DNA of 51,418 nt from a virus (Duplodnaviria > Caudoviricetes). The notes under the pieces were generated by a model. It had not been told where the DNA came from. It made no database searches and saw only the letters and a program-made list of their open reading frames with translations. The stretch lies in the IMG/VR virus record IMGVR_UViG_3300018080_000031, positions 1 through 51,418 of that record; one strand, written 5' to 3'. A program made the position numbers and the translations under genes. Position 1 is the first letter of the stretch; each line of letters opens with the position of its first letter. Shown piece after piece: positions 46,176 through 51,418 of the stretch.

Positions 46176-48613
46176 TAAGACCCATCTACCTCCACAACAG
46201 TTATTGTTATTAGAATCTCATTAGATCCATCTGGAAGAAGCCCAGCTGCAGTTTGGTATACAGAACCGAACTTGTTAAACGCAACAACGTGTTCTTGCCA
46301 GTACATTACAGAAGTATCACCAGTCCAATCTGTTGAATCTATTGTAACAGTATCTGCAGTACCTGATGCTACACCTCCATAGGCAACCTTAGCCGTAACA
46401 TCCCCAGCAGTGATAGCAGCATGCGCTCTAGCTGATATAGCCCAAACATACACATCCTTTCCATTAACGTACCAAGGCTGCTCTGTTTCAGTGTCTCTTA
46501 AAGCATTGGTATCGACAGCTACATTTGCAGCCACGTCTTTTATATAAAAGGAATATTCATGCTTTGGCCAGCTCGTTTCACCTGTTATATGATCTGCATT
46601 GCTGAAGTAGTAATTGGCAGTTACTATGTCTCTGAAGTAATTTTGACCTAGATAAAGTCCATCAACGTCATGAGATGCATCGACTCCACTGCAGGAAATT
46701 CCGTAGTTTCCATCGGACATGAAATTTCCTTTTATTATCAAGTCGTCTACGAAAGATCCTACACCAGACCCATTAACACCAGTTGAAATACAGTGGAAAG
46801 CAGCGGCAGTGTCTCTTATTTGATTATTAAAGATTGATACTTCTGTGACATTAATAGCATATATCCCATGAGATGTAGTTGTATCGATTATATTACCGTC
46901 TATGGTAATCTGGGACGAGTGAGTAACATCGGTTGAGTCACCATCAACTCTTATACCGTAGCCTACAACATCATAAATGTTATTTCCTTTTATTACTACA
47001 TTCTCTACATTAGCTGTAATATCGACTGCAGCACTAGCACCAGTTCCTGGATCATCATCTGTGTCATTTATAACGTTACCTATTATGTTAATGTTTCTTT
47101 GTCTGTTCTGCAAAAAGGTAGAATACACCGCTATCGGAGATCCATCACAACCTTCTATTACATTACCTACTATGTTTCCAAAACTAGAGCCAGATGAAGC
47201 GTAGATAGCGTGCCGACCTACACCATTAAATATATTATTGGTTAGATCAAATCTCGTATTATCAGTGTCGCATAAGATACCATAACCTAATGTATTGTCG
47301 TCTTTGTAAGGGATGTCGAAGAAGAAATTGTTTGTGGATATAAAGTCGTCAGAGTCATGGAATTGAAGGGCTATTGTAGATTTGGAGAAGGAACAGTCTT
47401 GAACTATTGAATTTGTACTATCTTCAAAGTAGACAAGGCGTTCCTCGGTAGTGTCGTCGTCCGAGCCAATGAAAGATATGTCATTAATCTCTACATTGCT
47501 TTCAGTATCTACATGGACTGCATTGATTCCAGCCGTTGTAATCTGTATTACCGATACGTCTCTTCCAAGACCTCTAAGGGCCATGTTTGAGTCTAAGAGA
47601 ATTTCGGCGTCTACGTTGTAAGTTTTAGCCCCAAGCTGCACAATACCAGAGGTTCCAACTGCATCAACAGCATTGTTTATTTGAACATCATCAGCCGTTC
47701 CATCTATACCCCACCACTCAGGGAGAGCTACTTTATGATATGTAAGATTAGCTACACCAGTTCCAGCTAGATTAAATATCTGATATTCCCCTGCAATGAC
47801 CTCTGATTGAAGAGTTAAAACATGGCCTGTTTCAATAGTTATAAGGCAGCCTTTTTTAACTTCCAATGCTTGATAAGCATCGAGAGTTGTGTCAAATTCT
47901 ACTGTCTCTGGTTGATCAACGTAGATGGTGAGATTTACATCTTCATCTGCGGTAAAATTTACGGCTGAACGAATACGGTTGAACCAAGATGTGTGAACTA
48001 TCGAACCCGCAAGAAAATCAAAGTCATTTGCGCCAGAGAAGATTTGGTAAGTTCCAGCTTCAATCTTTTTTAGGCCATCTAATGTAAACCCTCCATCTGT
48101 TATGATGAAAGGAGATTCCCAACGAAGAGTTACATTATCGCCTACAGTAGCATCTGCAGTGAGTGTTTCAGCACGTGAGATAACCATTGTTAAGGTATCA
48201 TCACTTGTAACATCGAGAGCTTCGTCAAGGTCGTCGAACCAAGCTGAGCGGACTGTAGCACCAACAGGAAAATCAATGTCTCCAGCACCAGAGAAGATTT
48301 CCCGATCACCTGCGTCGATGTCATAGGTTTGTAATGTTAGCTGAGTTGTCACAGCAAGGGAACCGTTAGACATAAATTTTAATCTAACATTAATAGGTAT
48401 TGTTAAAGTACCTACTGCTTCCTCACCAGTGATGATTAAGATTCGCTCATTAGCTCCAATAGCAGTTATAGCATCGTCGATAGTTGTATATGCACGAGTG
48501 TCGACCCACTTACCACCGATACCTGTGACAATTACTAATGGGAAGTATTCGGCAAAAGCAACTACAGCAACGACGAAGATTGCTAAAAGAGATGATAGGA
48601 TAATCTTTTTCAT
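46175..48613 (-). CDS. Signal-peptide tailspike-like beta-helix protein (pectate-lyase-like fold)
   Basis: MKKIILSSLLAIFVVAVVAFA; three N-terminal repeats (IFSG...WF); PEWWG..DD..INNA; GN-I beta-helix repeats. Confidence 0.82.
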   Translation of the reverse strand: MKKIILSSLLAIFVVAVVAFAEYFPLVIVTGIGGKWVDTRAYTTIDDAITAIGANERILIITGEEAVGTLTIPINVRLKFMSNGSLAVTTQLTLQTYDIDAGDREIFSGAGDIDFPVGATVRSAWFDDLDEALDVTSDDTLTMVISRAETLTADATVGDNVTLRWESPFIITDGGFTLDGLKKIEAGTYQIFSGANDFDFLAGSIVHTSWFNRIRSAVNFTADEDVNLTIYVDQPETVEFDTTLDAYQALEVKKGCLITIETGHVLTLQSEVIAGEYQIFNLAGTGVANLTYHKVALPEWWGIDGTADDVQINNAVDAVGTSGIVQLGAKTYNVDAEILLDSNMALRGLGRDVSVIQITTAGINAVHVDTESNVEINDISFIGSDDDTTEERLVYFEDSTNSIVQDCSFSKSTIALQFHDSDDFISTNNFFFDIPYKDDNTLGYGILCDTDNTRFDLTNNIFNGVGRHAIYASSGSSFGNIVGNVIEGCDGSPIAVYSTFLQNRQRNINIIGNVINDTDDDPGTGASAAVDITANVENVVIKGNNIYDVVGYGIRVDGDSTDVTHSSQITIDGNIIDTTTSHGIYAINVTEVSIFNNQIRDTAAAFHCISTGVNGSGVGSFVDDLIIKGNFMSDGNYGISCSGVDASHDVDGLYLGQNYFRDIVTANYYFSNADHITGETSWPKHEYSFYIKDVAANVAVDTNALRDTETEQPWYVNGKDVYVWAISARAHAAITAGDVTAKVAYGGVASGTADTVTIDSTDWTGDTSVMYWQEHVVAFNKFGSVYQTAAGLLPDGSNEILITITVVEVDGS

Positions 48614-48622
48614 TTTGGCTCC

Positions 48623-48647
48623 AGCTCGTTTAATGATTGAACAGTCT
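48623..48647. repeat. 25-bp quasi-palindrome copy 19 (degenerate)
   Basis: AGCTCGTTTAATGATTGAACAGTCT. Confidence 0.7.
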
Positions 48648-48862
48648 TATATTCCATCTGAAGGAGTTCCAGGTGGAAGAGGAGATTGTTTGAGATACAT
48701 AGCAGCTGCAACGATTGCACTTACAAGGGCAACCATTCCAAGTTTGCCTGCGCTGTCCTGCATGTTAAAAGCAATTGGGTCAACTATCATTACTGTAATC
48801 GAGTTCGCTGCCCCACCTATGATCGCGCTGATTAGGCCTTTGGCCCACTTATGCCATTTCAT
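48647..48862 (-). CDS. Putative holin
   Basis: 71 aa with two hydrophobic segments; YLKQSPLP. Confidence 0.65.
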   Translation of the reverse strand: MKWHKWAKGLISAIIGGAANSITVMIVDPIAFNMQDSAGKLGMVALVSAIVAAAMYLKQSPLPPGTPSDGI

Positions 48863-49020
48863 TTAAAGTACTCCACTGGAGATTTGTCGATGAATAGTTG
48901 ATTGATGTCTTCGACTGTCGGCTCGCCTTTGTCAAAGGCTTTGGAGATAGTGATTACGGCTGTAGGTCCGTAACGAAGAATTGCTTGAGCGATAGCGATT
49001 GTTAATGCAGCACTTTCCAT
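48859..49020 (-). CDS. Small hypothetical protein (53 aa)
   Basis: GGAGG RBS; MESAALTIAIAQAILRYGP...; ATGA overlap with the holin. Confidence 0.65.
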   Translation of the reverse strand: MESAALTIAIAQAILRYGPTAVITISKAFDKGEPTVEDINQLFIDKSPVEYFK

Positions 49021-49021
49021 C

Positions 49022-49396
49022 TTAGTTTTCCTCCTTTAAGATGATAGGTTTTAGGTATTCTAGTAAATCTGCAAGGCGTGCCGAGACATCTGCGGCGGAT
49101 TTGAGGTAAATGTCCTTGTTTTGGTCAGTCGCTAACATTTTATAATTAAGAAGTGCATTAACTGCTTCGTTATGAGTCACCATGTAGACGTTTCCGATCT
49201 TAATTGCTTCTGTTTTTTGCTCTTCGGACATAAGACCTTGTTTGTAAAGGTCTCCGGCGACGTTAAGTGTTGAGTCATAAGTTGCCTTGCTAACTGCTAA
49301 AGTGTCAAAAGACGACTTTATGAAGGAGTTAGCACAGGCAACTAAGGTAAATGTTAAAAAAAGGAGAAATGAAATGTTTCTTATTTTGCTTCTCAT
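49022..49396 (-). CDS. Lipoprotein
   Basis: Hydrophobic signal with LVAC lipobox. Confidence 0.75.
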   Translation of the reverse strand: MRSKIRNISFLLFLTFTLVACANSFIKSSFDTLAVSKATYDSTLNVAGDLYKQGLMSEEQKTEAIKIGNVYMVTHNEAVNALLNYKMLATDQNKDIYLKSAADVSARLADLLEYLKPIILKEEN

Positions 49397-49407
49397 GATT
49401 ACCTCCC

Positions 49408-49432
49408 AGATTGTTTAATAATTAAACGGTCT
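49408..49432. repeat. 25-bp quasi-palindrome copy 20
   Basis: AGATTGTTTAATAATTAAACGGTCT. Confidence 0.92.
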
Positions 49433-49710
49433 CATTTCGGATCATACTCACAATGAATATGATTACCTTCATCAACAACATCCCATTGAGGACTTAGTAC
49501 TTGTTTTATTAAGTGAATTTCAATCCCAGGTTGTATATCAAATGCTAAACCTACATAGTGGAGAGACCCAGGACTGTGATTTCCGTCTCGTATAGACGTA
49601 ACATAGAGGTCATGCCCGTGCCCTTCGTACGCATGAGCAACTCGTCCAAGCCCTTTCTGTGCCACTGACTTCAAGCATCCACAAACTCCTTGTTTAATCC
49701 ACAGTGTCAT
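49432..49710 (-). CDS. Peptidase M15-like (Hedgehog/DD-peptidase fold) putative endolysin
   Basis: VTS..D..H..SLHYVGLAFD...HIHCEYD (HxxxxxxD plus HxH). Confidence 0.75.
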   Translation of the reverse strand: MTLWIKQGVCGCLKSVAQKGLGRVAHAYEGHGHDLYVTSIRDGNHSPGSLHYVGLAFDIQPGIEIHLIKQVLSPQWDVVDEGNHIHCEYDPK

Positions 49711-49757
49711 TTGTCATCTCATCATTTGGCAAGCCGCCGAGGATTCGCCGGTTGGAC

Positions 49758-50294
49758 TTATTTAGACTCACCTTCAACCTCAACAATCATCCCAGATGCT
49801 TTCGCAGCAGCAATTCCTCTTTTCTTAAACTCTTCAATTTCTGCAAGAGTGGCAGTGGTGTTAAAAGATTGAGATTGAACTCTTGTCGGGACACGCAAGC
49901 CAGACAATTCAAGTACGACGGTGTCAGCAGCTTTCTTCTGTAAATCTTTCGAGGTGTTCCCGTCTTCGTTTTCGAACAAGTCATCGTAGACCTTAAGTGC
50001 TTTATCTGTTAAGACTCGGATTTTTTCACTAACGACGCTTGCTTCTTCGTCTCTTGATTTGCGCAGTTTTGCAAGTTTTCTCTCGCCCAATTCAGAATTT
50101 AATGTATTAGAGACCGTCTGAGGTGAGATATTCAAGATTTCGGCAATCTCAGTTTGCTTAAACCCTCTGACGGCCAAATTCACTATTTCATGATTCCTCT
50201 GCCACAAAGACTTAACATTATAAGTCTTGCGATCCTCTGATCGGCGCAGGTCAGGTTCCCTCATCTCGAAACCGTATAGAGAATTTCTATTCAT
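49758..50294 (-). CDS. HTH protein, putative terminase small subunit
   Basis: GFKQTEIAEILNISPQTVSNTL HTH; near the start of the late arm. Confidence 0.65.
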   Translation of the reverse strand: MNRNSLYGFEMREPDLRRSEDRKTYNVKSLWQRNHEIVNLAVRGFKQTEIAEILNISPQTVSNTLNSELGERKLAKLRKSRDEEASVVSEKIRVLTDKALKVYDDLFENEDGNTSKDLQKKAADTVVLELSGLRVPTRVQSQSFNTTATLAEIEEFKKRGIAAAKASGMIVEVEGESK

Positions 50295-50295
50295 T

Positions 50296-50649
50296 TTAGA
50301 GGACCTGCAAAGCGTTGGGATCGCCAGGAGGCGGCGAGACAACTGGCAAAACATTTGTAGGAGGGACGAAGACCTCATGCGTGTAAGTTACTGTATTACT
50401 AGGTCCACTCTCACCTGCTTCATTATAAGCTGTTGCGTGGAAAGTGTACTCAACACCTGGAGTTAGGTTAAGCAAGTCCATATTGCAGGACCTGACATCT
50501 CCAACGACGTTGTAATTGTAGTTATTAGTTCCGTCTGTGAAATAGATAATAAACCCATCTGCTCCATCATGATCCCATTGTAGCTCGGCCGCGACCACTG
50601 GTAAGGGCAGAATCAACAAAATACCTAAAATAATACCTAAAATCTTCAT
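50296..50649 (-). CDS. Signal-peptide fibronectin type III domain protein
   Basis: MKILGIILGILLILPLPVVAA; LQWD...LTPGVEYTFHATAYNEAGESGPSN. Confidence 0.85.
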   Translation of the reverse strand: MKILGIILGILLILPLPVVAAELQWDHDGADGFIIYFTDGTNNYNYNVVGDVRSCNMDLLNLTPGVEYTFHATAYNEAGESGPSNTVTYTHEVFVPPTNVLPVVSPPPGDPNALQVL

Positions 50650-50694
50650 AACTAACCTCCTAAGCAGTTATTACTTTAAACTTATCCTGCATCC

Positions 50695-50723
50695 ATTATA
50701 CGTGTAGAACAATGTTTTGTCAA
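50695..50723 (-). promoter_or_regulatory. Consensus sigma70 promoter heading the structural arm
   Basis: TTGACA-17 nt-TATAAT on the - strand. Confidence 0.88.
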
Positions 50724-50781
50724 CATAATTTTGTGTAATTTTTCGTTTCTACAAATTATACAGAAATTTTCATTTAAAACC

Positions 50782-50806
50782 AGATCGTTTAATTATTAAA
50801 CAATCT
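50782..50806. repeat. 25-bp quasi-palindrome copy 21, between the divergent promoters
   Basis: AGATCGTTTAATTATTAAACAATCT. Confidence 0.92.
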
Positions 50807-50968
50807 GCCGTCCCTCCAAATTTCCCAGCACTCACTTAACAACTAACACATCCAGTTATTGTAATCATACAATTTGGTACATTTATTAAATCTTCCCACA
50901 AAATGTAGAGGAGTCAACCCGCGCAGATTTAAGTCGAGCTTCCCCCTTCGAGGCTGAAAAAATAAATG

Positions 50969-50996
50969 TTGACAAGCATGGTGGTTGTGTTATTCT
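50969..50996 (+). promoter_or_regulatory. sigma70-type promoter for the 51120 gene
   Basis: TTGACA-16 nt-TATTCT with TGn. Confidence 0.65.
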
Positions 50997-51119
50997 ATAA
51001 TTGAAAATTAAATATTGATTTTGTTCTTTGATAATTTGAAGTACGTTGTTTGACGCTTGGCGGTATTGACAATGTGCAAGGTTCTACCGATTGCGCATCG
51101 AACACAACGAGGTGCAATT

Positions 51120-51418
51120 ATGGAGAATACAATAGGTGAAGCTATTGGTATACAGATAGACAATTTCTCGGTCAAGAATGATGCAGGCGATACGGTCAAG
51201 ATCAGGGTTAAAATAGATTATTCAAATATGTCCGATCTTGATATTATGAACTGTTTGAATGGTAACAGGCGTATCCCATTACAGCGTGTATTGAGAAAGA
51301 TGTCGAAAGAGGAAATTGCCGATCTTGACGGCACGACCTTTGATGCCAATGATGTAGGTAAGAAGATCAAATCACGATCAGAAAAGATCAATGAATTCAT
51401 TACAGCCTTCGTCAATGC
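51120..51418 (+). CDS. Hypothetical early protein (~125 aa), 5' part; continues across the junction to the stop at 202
   Basis: ATG at 51120 after GAGGTG; MENTIGEAIGIQIDNF... is in frame with MSKEEIADL at 51300 (=5); promoter upstream, terminator at 234-269. Confidence 0.85.
   Translation, partial: MENTIGEAIGIQIDNFSVKNDAGDTVKIRVKIDYSNMSDLDIMNCLNGNRRIPLQRVLRKMSKEEIADLDGTTFDANDVGKKIKSRSEKINEFITAFVN
51296..51418. repeat. Terminal direct repeat, right copy
   Basis: Identical to 1-123. Confidence 0.97.

Noticed and set aside
307-50806. 25-bp repeats as a CRISPR array
   Set aside because: Copies are dispersed kilobases apart rather than separated by 30-40 nt spacers; no cas operon
869-51415. Numerous short antisense or overlapping ORFs in the six-frame track (e.g. 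869-1117, 2541-2933, 14117-14542, 48429-48866, 51008-51199)
   Set aside because: They overlap better-supported genes or promoters on the opposite strand or frame and lack RBSs and recognisable motifs
1-51418. Genome-wide stop codon reassignment (TGA to Trp or Gly)
   Set aside because: Standard-code ORFs are long and densely packed, many genes end in TGA with ATGA overlaps, and Trp is encoded by TGG

Overview
The window is an apparently complete, circularly assembled dsDNA tailed phage genome of about 51,295 bp (bases 1-123 repeat exactly at 51296-51418), most likely a podovirus. It has two convergent arms. The + arm (about 51.1 kb through the junction to 15.4 kb) holds small early genes behind consensus sigma70 promoters, ATP-dependent DNA ligase, a HIRAN protein, a Cas4/RecB-like nuclease, a Sak4-like ATPase, an SSB-like protein, a ParB-DNA methyltransferase fusion, a UDG-DNA polymerase A fusion and a DUF3987-like NTPase. 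The - arm (50.6 to 15.4 kb) holds terS, lysis genes, terL, a block of signal-peptide beta-helix proteins with a mucin-like poly-Thr protein, a GT2 and a methyltransferase, then portal, scaffold, major capsid, tail and ejection proteins, and a ~1,980-aa polyvalent transglycosylase protein. I found no integrase, tRNA, CRISPR array or recognisable primase. The main candidates for novelty are: (1) an unannotated 58-codon gene (25362-25538, -) in the virion operon with two in-frame TGA codons, each followed by a SECIS-like hairpin, i.e. a candidate phage-encoded selenoprotein; (2) 21 copies of a 25-bp quasi-palindrome (AGAYYGTTTAATWATTAAACRRTCT) spread over the whole genome, including inside coding sequences, with a ParB-HTH-methyltransferase and RHH-like proteins as candidate binders; (3) a putative glycosylated mucin-like / exported beta-helix surface module. 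All functional calls come from motif reading by eye; no database searches were run.
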